Positions 43,982 through 54,593 are shown, numbered from the stretch's first letter. The stretch is 64,000 nucleotides of DNA from an uncultured Acidobacteriota bacterium (GCA_963804995.1 CAWDSK010000001.1:352001-416000); one strand, 5' to 3'. The notes: a model not told the origin generated them from the sequence alone. Made by a program: numbers and translations.

Positions 43982-45775
43982 TTACTTCTTGGTCGCCGCT
44001 TTCTTGGTGGGTGCTGGCTTGGGTGCCGGCTTCTCCATGGGCTGTTTAGCGGCGGGTTTCTGTTGTCCCATCAGCACGCTCAGGTCATCCGCGTTATACG
44101 GGTAGTAGCGGAGCGACGTTTGACCCGTGGTGCTGAGCTTAACGTCCACGCGACGGTTGTTGGCCATGCGGAATTCGTAGAGATTGCGTTCCACACGCTT
44201 CTTATCTTCGGAGCTGATATTGGGGTTCTGTTCGGTCAGGTCGCGAACCTCTTTATCGGTGAGGTTCTGTTCTTTCCCGAAAGCCTGCGTCTCGATGCTG
44301 GCAGCAGGAACCCCGTGGTCAACCAGATAGCTCTTCACACGGTCGGCGCGGCGTTGTGACAAGGCTTGGTTGAACTCTACGGAGCCGCGATGGTCGCAAT
44401 GCGCTCCCAAAATCAAGTGTGCCTCAGGCCGGAGCTGGAGATACTGCTTGAAATTGGAAACCATATCCTCCAGGCGCTTTTCCTGGCTGGACACAAGGCC
44501 GCCCTCGGGAGCGATCACAGTGGGCAAATTCCACGGAAAGTAAACGCTGTTGAAGGCGAGCCTGGTCTCAAGCGTAGCTTCGCTTACGGCTGACTCCGCC
44601 TCAATCGAGCCCATGATATGCAAGGTCGCGGTCTTCGTCTCTGACCCCCCGCAAGCATTGCTGGCATGCAGAGTGTAAGTGACGGTCTCATCGATCGTTC
44701 CAGGGGAGGTCTTGGTGGGTTTGATTGGAATCGAGCGATCGCCACTGGCTCCCACTGTGCCCAGGGGATCAACCGAGACACTGGTCGCGTTCCCGGCAGA
44801 CCAACTCACCGTGGCGTTGCCCACCTGGTCAACTTTCGAGCCGACCTGATGGTAACGAACCTCTCCCGGCGACACATTCAAGGAAGCCTGGATGGCCGTG
44901 TTGACGGTGACGTTGCCGTCCGAAGTGTAGATCCCACCCGGCCCGGCAGCGGTGAACTTATAATCGGTGGTTTGGTTCGGTTGCACCGTCTGGTCGCCGG
45001 AAGCCCCGACCGCGCCAACCCCGCTGATCTCGTACTTGACGGCGCCATCGGAGGACCAGGTTAAGCGAGCGGAATCCCCGCAATTGATCTGGCCAGGAGT
45101 GGCGGAGAACTGGCCGGAAACCTTCTGGACGGCCACTTCCGCACTGGCGATGCCGAATTTGAAGCGCGGCAGCTCTTTCAACTGCTCGCCGCGCGACCAG
45201 GGCACGGTCTTGCGCACGCCCTTGCCATTATCCACCACTACGCGCTGGTTCACGGGCACATCAACCGTGGTCGTCCAGGCCCCGGCGGGGAGATTGCCAT
45301 GGTTCAGCACGGTCAATTGATACTTCCCGGCGGGAACAACCAATTCCTGCTTCCAAACCCATTCGTTGTCTTCTTCGTCGCCATGTCCAACAAAGAAGGC
45401 AGGGTCCGTGCCATTCAAAAGGACGGCATCACGGTCCGCCCCTTCCAGCGTGATGCACCCCCAGGGACCGGTGACCGTACTGGTGATGGCTTGCATCGTC
45501 ACTTCGATCACGAGTGTCTTATGGCCCGTGATTGTGACCGTGCGGGATTCGGGTTTGTATCCGTAGTTGTACATATCAATCTTGTGTTCTCCGGCATCCA
45601 AGATAGCGTAGTGGCCCCGCGCGTCGACAACGGGCTTGCCGTCGGCAAAAATGTACGCTGTCGCCGGGGACACACGGACGATTAGATGGCCTAGCTCTGC
45701 CTTGGCAGGCCGCGCGCTAATCAACAGCACAGCAGCTATGGCCGTGAAAAGATAGCTGAGATTACGGACACGCAT
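43982..45775 (-). CDS. Exported OmpA-domain protein with PEGA/Ig-like domains
   Basis: AGGAGG RBS and signal peptide; HCDHRGSVEFNQALSQRRA, NRRVD. Confidence 0.85.
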   Translation of the reverse strand: MRVRNLSYLFTAIAAVLLISARPAKAELGHLIVRVSPATAYIFADGKPVVDARGHYAILDAGEHKIDMYNYGYKPESRTVTITGHKTLVIEVTMQAITSTVTGPWGCITLEGADRDAVLLNGTDPAFFVGHGDEEDNEWVWKQELVVPAGKYQLTVLNHGNLPAGAWTTTVDVPVNQRVVVDNGKGVRKTVPWSRGEQLKELPRFKFGIASAEVAVQKVSGQFSATPGQINCGDSARLTWSSDGAVKYEISGVGAVGASGDQTVQPNQTTDYKFTAAGPGGIYTSDGNVTVNTAIQASLNVSPGEVRYHQVGSKVDQVGNATVSWSAGNATSVSVDPLGTVGASGDRSIPIKPTKTSPGTIDETVTYTLHASNACGGSETKTATLHIMGSIEAESAVSEATLETRLAFNSVYFPWNLPTVIAPEGGLVSSQEKRLEDMVSNFKQYLQLRPEAHLILGAHCDHRGSVEFNQALSQRRADRVKSYLVDHGVPAASIETQAFGKEQNLTDKEVRDLTEQNPNISSEDKKRVERNLYEFRMANNRRVDVKLSTTGQTSLRYYPYNADDLSVLMGQQKPAAKQPMEKPAPKPAPTKKAATKK

Positions 45776-46040
45776 GAGAGTCGCCTCCTTTACAGTTAAC
45801 TGCTCCTTCATTGATTCCAAAGCTCATTCAGGATAGGGCGGATTATACCATAGAATCTAGCATTTTCAAGTACACGCAAACGATTGGAGCATTCTCGGCG
45901 GCGGCGTGTCTGTTCAAAACAGCTCAGTTTGGCGGTAAATCAGTTCGGAACCCCAATCTGCCCCTCATGCAGCAGACACCTCAGACACCGCCCTCTCTTG
46001 CCCCAATACTGTTCACTTAGAGTTGCGAGATTGCTATTCG

Positions 46041-46187
46041 ACCCCCTCACCCCCTGACCCCTCTCCCCCAAAGGGGCGAGGGGAGAGTTGGTTTGAGGGG
46101 TTTGGATCTTCAACCCTCGCCCCCTTGGGGGAGAGGGTGGCCCGTAACCGGCGCTTTCATCAGCCGGGGCGGGACGGGTGAGGGGGT
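46041..46187. repeat. REPIN-like element (CCCCTCACCC family)
   Basis: Two inverted CCCTCTCCCCC/GGGGCGAGGG hairpin units; shares sequence with the 16541 and 53480 copies. Confidence 0.8.
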
Positions 46188-46421
46188 TCAAGCCTCAGAT
46201 CGCCTAAATGAACAGTATTGTCTCTAGCCCGCCTTTCTGACCGATTTGTTTGCCACCCAAAGCTTGGGCTACCCCGCCAGTGCCGCGATCCGCATTTTAT
46301 CGCGATTATTTCCAAATGTATAATAGCGCCGGCGGTCCTTTTTGACTTCGTCTGTGACCCCCGGAGCCGGGCAAATCCTGGCATGAAAAGTGGCGGTCGC
46401 ACCTGAACCAAGGCCGCTCCA

Positions 46422-49211
46422 TCACCATTCGAACTCAACGCGAGTCCTCCGGACGGAAAACTCCCCGTAAGGCGCAACCCGCAGAGTGCGCAGGTGGCGG
46501 GGTTGGTCCGTGTAGGGCAGGACAAAGGAGAGAAGGTTCTTCGTCCCGGCCGGAGAGAGATAGGAGTCGGGAAGATAGAACTCCTTCTGGGGGCCGACGG
46601 TAACAAAGCGCCCCACGAATTTTCCGTTCAAATAAATCAGCGCGTCGCAGTCAGCGTCAAAGACCACCTTCCAAGGCACTATCCAGCCCTCCGCCAATGC
46701 GGGGAGCTCGAATTCCGCCCGGCCCCACGTAAAGGACGGAACCGCCCCCGGGTTTGTCCCTGCGCCCAGGAACGATGCTGGGGTCCAGGCCCCGAAGGCC
46801 GGGTCAAGCTCACGCCCTCGCATCGGCGCGGCGAATCGCTGAACCTGCCAACTCGTGAGATCTTTGGCGGAGGGAAGGCCGGCCCCCACGCCTACCGATC
46901 GGAGTCCTTTCAACTCGCCCAGGTTCTCCCCACCGTTGGGAGCGCCGAAAAGTTCGTAGGAGATTTCCAGAAGGTTGTTCCCCGGCTGGGCGTAATTGGC
47001 AATGGCAAAATCGACTTCCTTTTCCGTGTTTGAGGCTTCAGCCACAAATCTGCCGTTGATGAAGACTTTCTTTGCGTCGTTGGCCAGGGCCGAGATGAAC
47101 ATCCTGGACTCTGCGCTGGAACTGAACTGGGCCCGGTACTTAACGTAACCATAAGGCACTGGACCCAGATCCTCCAGAGCATGCAAGGGTCCGGTCAGCC
47201 AGGCGCCCGCGCTGGGATCAAACTTCTCAACCCAGGCGCTTCCCTCATTCAAATTGATGGGCGCGTAAGGCAAATGGGGTGTCGAGACATGGAGGTGCGC
47301 GGTGTGCCAGGGTCGATCGTATCCGAAATCCGTGAGGACGTTGTCGATACGGCATTTCGAAGGACGCGGGGGAAGCATTATTTCGATATCGTGTTCCCCG
47401 GGAAGAAAGTCCAAATCCATCCAGGCTCGCGACTTGAAAGTGCCCGACCCCGCCAGCGCGTAAGCGTCGCTCATGACGGGCGCGGCCACGGTTTTGGTTT
47501 CCTCTGAGCCGGGAATGATCTTAGGAGGAAACTCCCAGATGAACGTGTGCAGAGCTTTCTCCCGCGGCAGAACGATAAGCTGCAGTTGGTCGAAGTACAT
47601 GAGCATCTTCGGTTTCGGTCCGACCTGCACGCCGAAAACCGAGGATTCGTACTCCTCATCCCAATACTGATAGACCGTCTCACCTTCCAGCCGGGGTTCC
47701 TTCTCCGTGCCGAGACTGATTTCCGCGACACGTCCGGGTGTGTCATAAAGGATCAGGAAGTCGCGGTCGAGGTTGACGCCGTGGGCTAACACTTCCGCCG
47801 TGGAGTAGCACAGCCTTGCCCCGCTGACCGGGATCTGCACGGGCAGCATCTTCATCTCGCGTGCGCCCAGCTCCAATTGGCCCTCGCGTGGCGCCACAAT
47901 CTTGCGCTGGCTGGGGCTATGCGGGTCAGTAAAGGTCATCTTAAATTGCTGCAGCGCGTTCGAGTTCTCGCGCACGAAGACTACACCGGCTGCCCCGTTG
48001 GCGCGTTCGCTTACACTGACGTTCGAATTCGTCGATTGCGATCCCTCTAGCTGCTGAGCGCGGGTCAACACGTTACCGAACACCCGCAGGGATTGGCAGA
48101 TGGCACGGGCTGCGTAGAACTTTTCCCACAGCCCGCCCGGTTCACGGATGGGCGCGGCATAGTCATAAGTCGTGGTAAGGGTCTTCGCGGCCCAGTCGAA
48201 ATTTGTGCCGCCGAAGCCCATGTAGTAGCTGAAGGAGGTGACGCCCAGCTCTAGCGCAGTCTTGGTGACCATATTGATCTGCGCGCCGTCGACACCCTCT
48301 TGATCCACGGAAAGCTTGTCGCCGAACTGGCTGAACCACCCGCCCTGGAGTTCGCTGATCGCCACAGGTGAGGAGGGTTCCTCCCGGCGCAACTTCTGCA
48401 GCGCCGGCGTGAGTTCATCCACAATCTTCCAGCGCGGATAAAAATTGCACGTGTCCATGATCCGCGCCATGTCGGGGTCAGTGTTCTCGCGCGCCTGCTT
48501 CGTCCAGCAGGTGATCACCGGTACATCGATGCCGGCGTTCCACACCATCTGGGCGAGGGCGCGAATGTACTCGCGCTTCTCGGCGTCAGGAATCGGCTCA
48601 GAGAAGTCATACTCATTCTCAACCTGCACCATGATGATCGGACCGCCCATCGTAACCTGGTGCTTCTGGATGATGGGAAGGACCGCGTCATACCAATGCT
48701 GGGAGGTCCGCAGGCTCGCCGGGTGCGGGGTGCGCAGCGGGAACCGTTGGGCAGCCACCCAGGAAGGGAATCCGCCGCGCTCCCATTCCGCGCAGATGTA
48801 AGGGCCGGGGCGCGCGATCAGAAAAAATCCCATCTCGTGAACCAGTTTGATGAAATCTTCAAATTCCGTCAGGTTCACCTTGCCTTCCTGCGGCTCGTGA
48901 TAGTTCCAGAACACGTAGGTTTCAATCGTATTGAATCCCGCCAGCTTGAATTTCTGCAAGCGGTCGCGCCACAGGGGTTTGGGGCAACGGGGATAATGAA
49001 ACGCGCCGCTCACCACAAACGTATCGCGGTCGTTGATGGTGAAACAATTTGCGTCGTAGCGGATGATATGCGGATTTTGAAACTGCATTTGACCGGCGGC
49101 GGGCAGCCTGGCCGCATAGGTTTGAAGGCCGCCACGGCCCCATCCGTCCAGGCTTGCGGCCAGCGGGACTGTAACCGCGCTGCGAAGGAAATTCCGGCGG
49201 GATGATTTCAT
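46422..49211 (-). CDS. Tat-exported GH35 beta-galactosidase
   Basis: SRRNFL; ETYVFWNYHEP, RPGPYICAEWERGGFP, QVENEY, SELQGGWF, GGTNF, YDYAAPI. Confidence 0.92.
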   Translation of the reverse strand: MKSSRRNFLRSAVTVPLAASLDGWGRGGLQTYAARLPAAGQMQFQNPHIIRYDANCFTINDRDTFVVSGAFHYPRCPKPLWRDRLQKFKLAGFNTIETYVFWNYHEPQEGKVNLTEFEDFIKLVHEMGFFLIARPGPYICAEWERGGFPSWVAAQRFPLRTPHPASLRTSQHWYDAVLPIIQKHQVTMGGPIIMVQVENEYDFSEPIPDAEKREYIRALAQMVWNAGIDVPVITCWTKQARENTDPDMARIMDTCNFYPRWKIVDELTPALQKLRREEPSSPVAISELQGGWFSQFGDKLSVDQEGVDGAQINMVTKTALELGVTSFSYYMGFGGTNFDWAAKTLTTTYDYAAPIREPGGLWEKFYAARAICQSLRVFGNVLTRAQQLEGSQSTNSNVSVSERANGAAGVVFVRENSNALQQFKMTFTDPHSPSQRKIVAPREGQLELGAREMKMLPVQIPVSGARLCYSTAEVLAHGVNLDRDFLILYDTPGRVAEISLGTEKEPRLEGETVYQYWDEEYESSVFGVQVGPKPKMLMYFDQLQLIVLPREKALHTFIWEFPPKIIPGSEETKTVAAPVMSDAYALAGSGTFKSRAWMDLDFLPGEHDIEIMLPPRPSKCRIDNVLTDFGYDRPWHTAHLHVSTPHLPYAPINLNEGSAWVEKFDPSAGAWLTGPLHALEDLGPVPYGYVKYRAQFSSSAESRMFISALANDAKKVFINGRFVAEASNTEKEVDFAIANYAQPGNNLLEISYELFGAPNGGENLGELKGLRSVGVGAGLPSAKDLTSWQVQRFAAPMRGRELDPAFGAWTPASFLGAGTNPGAVPSFTWGRAEFELPALAEGWIVPWKVVFDADCDALIYLNGKFVGRFVTVGPQKEFYLPDSYLSPAGTKNLLSFVLPYTDQPRHLRTLRVAPYGEFSVRRTRVEFEW

Positions 49212-49468
49212 GCGAGTGACTCCCTTACTTCCAGGTTCGAAGAACGCGTCGCACAAGTTCTGCCACCGGTGCGTGCGACGCGAAACCACCTGAAGAGTTG
49301 GAAGTATAGAAGTGTGCGGGCGCGTCTGCAACCGGTCAGAAACTGAAGCGGGGAAAAGGAAGAGCGGCGCTAAACAGGCTGCGGAAAAACGCAAAGGATA
49401 ACCACCCCGTCGCTCAGCGCGCCACGGAAATCAGGAGGGGAGCTTTTACAGAACTCCCCTCCTCAGAT

Positions 49469-49567
49469 GAGGCTGTCTCAAAACTGGCAAATTCACGGTT
49501 TTTACGACGAATAATCAATAACTTACGCTGTGCAAAAGTCAGAAATACCTAGTTTTGAGACAGCCTC
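49469..49567. mobile_element. 99-bp MITE with 17-bp perfect TIRs and AGAT target duplication, inserted in a REP loop
   Basis: TIRs GAGGCTGTCTCAAAACT / AGTTTTGAGACAGCCTC; AGAT at 49465-49468 and 49568-49571. The empty site is at ~54594-54646. Confidence 0.85.
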
Positions 49568-49758
49568 AGATGAGGAGGGGTGGCGCGCCGAGCGACGGGG
49601 TGGTGCTGACTCCGGGGTGGTGATGAGCAAGGAATAAAGGGGTGGTTATAGCTTCCCCTTAAGCCCCGGGGTGGTTATCCTGGGCGTCTTTCCACAAGCT
49701 CTAAAGCCACGCCCTTCCGAGGGCCATGAATAATGTCGCCTATTAATGCAGCTAAGCA

Positions 49759-50283
49759 TTAGAAGCGCTTTGCCCGCTTTTGCAGGATCAGGTCGCAGTA
49801 TGACAAGGGGACAATGTGGGCTGAAGAGATGGCGAACAGCGTCTGAAATTTCCTGGCCTGGGCGCGCACCTTCCGGAGATCGCCCGACTTGGTGATAGCT
49901 TCCACTTCCATAAACTTCCCCAGGCCGCGTACCCGGTCGAGATGAATCTTGACGTTGCCGACGAAATAAATCTCGCGGCGCTTGTCGACCACCGCCAATA
50001 TTCCCAGCGCCTGCGCAAGAATCGTCCGCACGGAGTTCCGGCGCGGCAACAGCATCATGTCGATCGTGGAGCGCCGGGCGCGTCGAGTGTTAGTCCGTTT
50101 GTAGAAGATCAGGGCGTTTTCGATCCGTCCTTGTCGCAGCTTCAACCGTCCGGTCGCGACCTGGAAGTAGGTGTCAATCTGATGATCCGTCCCCAGGAAC
50201 CGCGCGCGCAGGCGCTTGAGCGTGGAGCGGACGTGGGATTCGTTGTAGAGATAAGCCTTGAATTCGAAGTTGAGGCGTTTCAT
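49759..50283 (-). CDS. CYTH-domain protein (class IV adenylate cyclase family)
   Basis: EFKA, QIDTYF, RLKLR, VVDKRREIY, HLDRVRGLGKFMEVE. Confidence 0.88.
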   Translation of the reverse strand: MKRLNFEFKAYLYNESHVRSTLKRLRARFLGTDHQIDTYFQVATGRLKLRQGRIENALIFYKRTNTRRARRSTIDMMLLPRRNSVRTILAQALGILAVVDKRREIYFVGNVKIHLDRVRGLGKFMEVEAITKSGDLRKVRAQARKFQTLFAISSAHIVPLSYCDLILQKRAKRF

Positions 50284-50429
50284 GGGTTCGAATCCTTCAA
50301 CGGTTCGGAGCGCTGCCAATCTTCCGCTTGCCATGCCCTGATGTCAAGCGCGCCTCCTGGCAGCAGGTTTTCCGATTCGAGGGTGGGCAAGCCGGGCGAA
50401 TGGCGTTATTCTCTCACCACCGCGCCGCG

Positions 50430-51143
50430 ATGAAAACGAAATTGCGAACCCGCTGGAACCTCACGCCGCGGGAGGCCATGCGTCTCCAGGAGAAACTGCG
50501 CGAGTGTGTCGAAAGGGACAACCGCTTCCAAACCATCCGTTATGTCGCCGGAGCGGACCTGGCCTTTGACCCGCAAACCAATTTTGCCTTTGCCGGAGTG
50601 ATCGTGTATCAGTTTCCCCAACTCCAGGAGGTGGAGCGGCGTATGGCTCGGCGCAAGCTGCGGTTTCCTTACGTGCCGGGGTTGCTTTCTTTCCGCGAAA
50701 GCCCCGTGCTCCTGGCTGCCTTCGAACGGGTGCGGACCGAAGTAGACCTGATTCTGATCGACGGCCACGGCATCGCACATCCACGCCGCTTCGGGATTGC
50801 CTGCCACCTTGGCCTGCTCTTGGACAAGCCCACCATCGGGTGCGCGAAATCGATCCTGGTGGGCGAGGCAGCGGATTTGCCCGCGCCGGCCGGTTCCACA
50901 ACTCCGCTTGTCGACAAAGGTGAGACGGTCGGGATGGTGCTCCGCACGCGCGACAACGTGCAGCCGATCTACGTCACCACGGGGCACTGCGTGTCACTTG
51001 AGTCCGCCGTGTCTATCGTGCGCCAGTGCCTGGATGGATTCCGCATCCCGAAACCGACTCGCGAGGCTGATCACTTCGTGCGCGACCTGCGCCGGGCTTA
51101 CCAGCAAAGCCGCTCGCCGAAGCCGTTCGGAACCGCCGGGTGA
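50430..51143 (+). CDS. nfi: Endonuclease V (deoxyinosine 3' endonuclease)
   Basis: AGAD, FPYVPGLLSFRE, DGHGIAHPRRFGIACH, GCAKS, PKPTREAD. Confidence 0.94.
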   Translation: MKTKLRTRWNLTPREAMRLQEKLRECVERDNRFQTIRYVAGADLAFDPQTNFAFAGVIVYQFPQLQEVERRMARRKLRFPYVPGLLSFRESPVLLAAFERVRTEVDLILIDGHGIAHPRRFGIACHLGLLLDKPTIGCAKSILVGEAADLPAPAGSTTPLVDKGETVGMVLRTRDNVQPIYVTTGHCVSLESAVSIVRQCLDGFRIPKPTREADHFVRDLRRAYQQSRSPKPFGTAG

Positions 51144-51232
51144 GCCGGGCAGGCTCAATGCTATAATCCGCCGCAGGGGCGCGTAATGAGCAAAACTATC
51201 GTGGCCATCGCTGTGCCCCAGATTTCATCGCC

Positions 51233-51436
51233 ATGTCGGCATTGTCAAAAGAAATTGATCGCGTCGGGCTGTGCGCCACCTGCAAGCAGGCGCGACAAGT
51301 GCGTACCGACCGGGGTTCCGTCTTTTATCAATGTCAGCGTTCGGCCGTAGACCCGCGCTATCCCAAATACCCCGGCTTGCCGGTTCTCCATTGCCCAGGC
51401 CATGAGTTGAAGGCGAAAGACGAGCAGAAGAACTGA
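51233..51436 (+). CDS. Small Cys-rich hypothetical protein
   Basis: GLCATC...FYQC...YPKYPGLPVLHCPG; fits operon-like spacing after nfi. Confidence 0.6.
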   Translation: MSALSKEIDRVGLCATCKQARQVRTDRGSVFYQCQRSAVDPRYPKYPGLPVLHCPGHELKAKDEQKN

Positions 51437-51563
51437 GAAGGCAGAGGGTCGAGCGCCTACCCCTTGGCGGGTTCGACGATTCACCCGCGGACCGTGTAGA
51501 ATGGAGGCAGTGGGGTGAACGCGCGGCTGGTCTTAACTTGCTCAAGCTCTGCGGAGGGAAGGA

Positions 51564-51806
51564 ATGAAATTTCCGGTTGAACCTGAAGATGTCAAAGTCT
51601 TCCATGGACGCAGTACGGGGCTCCAGGTGATGTGCACGTGTGGTTGCATCAACTTTAATTACCTCGATCCCCAGGACACTCTTTGGAGATGCCGGAACTG
51701 CGGACGGGTTTTGACCAATGACTTCCCTCGTCTGCTGGAGCGGGCCGTGGCCCTTCAGAAACAGGTAACCGCTGATGCTGCGGCGGCTGCGCCTATTCAA
51801 AGTTAG
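51564..51806 (+). CDS. Small zinc-ribbon hypothetical protein
   Basis: GGAGG RBS; CTCGC...CRNCG. Confidence 0.6.
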   Translation: MKFPVEPEDVKVFHGRSTGLQVMCTCGCINFNYLDPQDTLWRCRNCGRVLTNDFPRLLERAVALQKQVTADAAAAAPIQS

Positions 51807-51819
51807 GAGGAAGCAACCC

Positions 51820-52299
51820 CTACTTGATGTGGCAACTAGCCAGGCCGCGCTTTTCGAGATACTGCTGGTGATAATCCTCCGCCCGCCAGAACTCCGCAGC
51901 CGGAGTAATCTCCGTCACAATTTTCCGTTTGAAAGTCCCTGACTTATCGAGATTCTCTTTTGACGCTCGGGCCGCCGCTTCCTGCTCCGGGGTATGGAAG
52001 AATATCGCGGTGCGATATTGTGTGCCGTAGTCGGGGCCCTGCCGGTTGAATTGCGTAGGGTCGTGGGACGCCCAGAAGACCTTCAGGAGATCGGCGTAGG
52101 AAACCTTGGAGGGGTCGAAGGTGACTTCCACCACTTCCGCATGACCGGTTTGGTCGGTGCAAACGTCGCGATAGGTGGGGTTTTTGAGTTGACCGCCCAT
52201 GTAACCCACGGCGGTCGAAACCACCCCGGGAACCTGGCGGAAGGCCGCCTCCACTCCCCAGAAACATCCGGCTCCGAACGTGGATTTTTCCGTAGCCAT
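51820..52299 (-). CDS. msrA: Peptide-methionine (S)-S-oxide reductase
   Basis: [26 protein letters not shown]. Confidence 0.96.
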   Translation of the reverse strand: MATEKSTFGAGCFWGVEAAFRQVPGVVSTAVGYMGGQLKNPTYRDVCTDQTGHAEVVEVTFDPSKVSYADLLKVFWASHDPTQFNRQGPDYGTQYRTAIFFHTPEQEAAARASKENLDKSGTFKRKIVTEITPAAEFWRAEDYHQQYLEKRGLASCHIK

Positions 52300-52330
52300 G
52301 TTTCCCCCCCTCGATAGGCTTCCTTGGACC

Positions 52331-52458
52331 TAACCGGCTGTTGAAGAACCCATACGGTGCGACGTAGCGGCGGGTTTACCCCGCCATATGGCGGCGCGAG
52401 GCCACCGCGAAAATGGCGGGGTAAACCCGCCGCTACGTCGTTTTACATCAGCCTGCTA
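52331..52458. mobile_element. MITE-like element enclosing a perfect 28-bp REPIN pair
   Basis: Imperfect ends TAACCGGCTGTTGAAGAAC / GTTTTACATCAGCCTGCTA; perfect arms at 52360-52387 and 52413-52440. Confidence 0.65.
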
Positions 52459-52592
52459 AGTCTGCGATAGCAAAGTTGTAAACGAGCTCAAGCCCCGTGT
52501 ATTTCCTCCGCGGCGTCTGCTCGGCAACCTACGGAGAATCCCCTTCAGTATACCACTCTGTCATACGCATAAAGAGATTCGCGAACTGGGGA

Positions 52593-52679
52593 TAGTGGCT
52601 CATTTTGATGTTGTAGCGGCGAGTTTACCTCGCCATATGGCGGCGTTAAGCCGCCTCTACCTCAAATTGCACTACTACC
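52593..52679. repeat. GTAG-REP unit within TAGTGG..CAWTTTGA inverted ends
   Basis: Same REP family and similar flanks as 24444-24639. Confidence 0.65.
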
Positions 52680-52739
52680 AACCGGGGCGGACTTACATTA
52701 GAATGGCGGGCGGCTACTGCTCCCCCAGGAGGTTCTACG

Positions 52740-53429
52740 ATGGAAGCTTTGCCTGCTCCCGTGCTTGATCGGCTCCGCGAAATCACCAGCCCCACGGTTG
52801 CCAATGCCATCGAGGTTTTCAATGTGCGACCGCGCAGCCAGGGATTCATGCGTCCGGAAATCCACTGCATTTTCCCCAACCTGGGCGTCATGGTGGGCTA
52901 CGCGGTGACCGTCAAGATCCGCGCCGCCTCACCCGGCGCCGCAGGGGCCACCGTTCACCCCAGCGTGCATTGGCAGAAGATTCAGCAGGTGCCCGCCCCG
53001 CGCGTGGTGGTGGTGGAAGACCTGGACGATCCGCCTGGCCTCGGTTCCTTCTGGGGAGAGGTGAACGGCAACCTGCATCGCGCCCTGGGGTGCGTCGGCG
53101 TCGTTACTAATGGCGGGGTTCGCGACCTGGAAGAAGTTCAGGCGCTACGCTTCCATTTTTTCGCGCAGCACATTTCCGTCTCTCACGCCTACGTCCACAT
53201 TGTGGAGGCGGGAACTCCGGTGCGCGTTGGCGGCCTGACCGTGCGCCCGGGGGATTTGCTGCACGGGGACCGGCACGGGGTGACCACCATCCCGCTGGAT
53301 TTGGCCACCAAGATTCCGGAAGGCGTAGAAACCGTGGCCCGCATGGAACGCGAGCTCATTGCCTATGCGCAATCCCCCGGTTTCACAGTCGAGGGGTTGA
53401 TAGCCCTTTGGCGCCGCTTGCGGGGCTGA
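52740..53429 (+). CDS. RraA / HMG-aldolase family protein
   Basis: VGYAVT, WGEVN, TNGGVRD, VRPGDLLHGDRHGV. Confidence 0.88.
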   Translation: MEALPAPVLDRLREITSPTVANAIEVFNVRPRSQGFMRPEIHCIFPNLGVMVGYAVTVKIRAASPGAAGATVHPSVHWQKIQQVPAPRVVVVEDLDDPPGLGSFWGEVNGNLHRALGCVGVVTNGGVRDLEEVQALRFHFFAQHISVSHAYVHIVEAGTPVRVGGLTVRPGDLLHGDRHGVTTIPLDLATKIPEGVETVARMERELIAYAQSPGFTVEGLIALWRRLRG

Positions 53430-53479
53430 AGGCGGCAGAGCCGCTGGCCAATTGTCGGAAGCTCGTTGATGATTCGAGA

Positions 53480-53646
53480 ACCCCCTCACGCCTTGCCCCT
53501 CTGTCGCCGCGGTGACCGAGGGGGGAGTTCATTTGGATCTACTCGGATGGGAGGGTCGATTGGGATTCGTAGCCCTCGCCCCTTTGGGGGAGAGGGTGGA
53601 CCGCAACCGGCGTTTTCATCAGCCGGGGCGGGACGGGTGAGGGGGT
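53480..53646. repeat. REPIN-like element (CCCCTCACCC family)
   Basis: 3' part is nearly identical to the 3' part of the 46041-46187 copy. Confidence 0.8.
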
Positions 53647-53735
53647 CGCCCTGAAACAAATTGAAGGTGAGACTTTGTTCGCGAACTTCTGACTCAGGAC
53701 ATTAGCCAATTCTTCCGCTGAGAGGAGTATTCATT

Positions 53736-54539
53736 ATGCGAAAGTCACTGATAATCTTGACGGGCTGCCTGATGGTAGCGGCGCTTGGGGCGATGCTCGC
53801 CACCACCCCGATACCCGCAGTTCCCCAGAAGGCAGACCAAGATTGGGAGATTCACGACCGCAATCGCCCCCAGCCACCCGTTGTCACTTCGGGAACGGCC
53901 AGCACACAGGACAAACCGGGCCTTCCCCCCTCCGACGCCGTCGTTCTGTTTAACGGGAAGGACCTCTCCAACTGGGAGAGTATCAAGGGGGGGCCGGCGT
54001 TGTGGAATGTTGGCAACGGCTATTTTGAAACCGCTGCCAAGACCGGAGATATCCAGACCAAGCAGGCGTTCGGCGATTGTCAATTGCACGTGGAATGGGC
54101 CACTCCCAACCCGCCGCACGGCGAAGATCAGGACCGCGGCAACAGTGGTGTTTTCCTGCAAGGGCTTTACGAGATCCAGGTGCTCGATTCATATCACAGT
54201 GTGACCTATGCCGATGGACAGGCCGCCGCCGTTTATGGTCAATATCCCCCCTTGGTGAATGCCTCGCGCCCGCCCGGCCAATGGCAAACCTACGACATCA
54301 TTTTTCATGGGCCGCGCTTTGACCAGGCCGGGAAAGTATTGCGGCCGGCAACCGTCACCGTAATTCACAACGGCGTGCTGGTTCAGGATCACACCGTGAT
54401 CATGGGACCGACCATGCACAAGCAGCGGCCGCCTTATCGCGCCACGCCGGAAAAATTGCCCCTCCGGTTACAGGACCACAACCATCCGGTGCGTTATCGC
54501 AACCTTTGGATCAGGGAGATTCCTGAGGAGAGGCAGTAA
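53736..54539 (+). CDS. Exported DUF1080 (3-keto-disaccharide hydrolase-like) protein
   Basis: LFNGKDLS, LHVEW, GNSGVF, YEIQVLDS, LQDH, YRNLWIRE. Confidence 0.9.
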   Translation: MRKSLIILTGCLMVAALGAMLATTPIPAVPQKADQDWEIHDRNRPQPPVVTSGTASTQDKPGLPPSDAVVLFNGKDLSNWESIKGGPALWNVGNGYFETAAKTGDIQTKQAFGDCQLHVEWATPNPPHGEDQDRGNSGVFLQGLYEIQVLDSYHSVTYADGQAAAVYGQYPPLVNASRPPGQWQTYDIIFHGPRFDQAGKVLRPATVTVIHNGVLVQDHTVIMGPTMHKQRPPYRATPEKLPLRLQDHNHPVRYRNLWIREIPEERQ

Positions 54540-54593
54540 CTCAAAGCTGTCCAAATTAGCGAGTCCCGCGAGTGGTCAACACGGCGAAAACAC

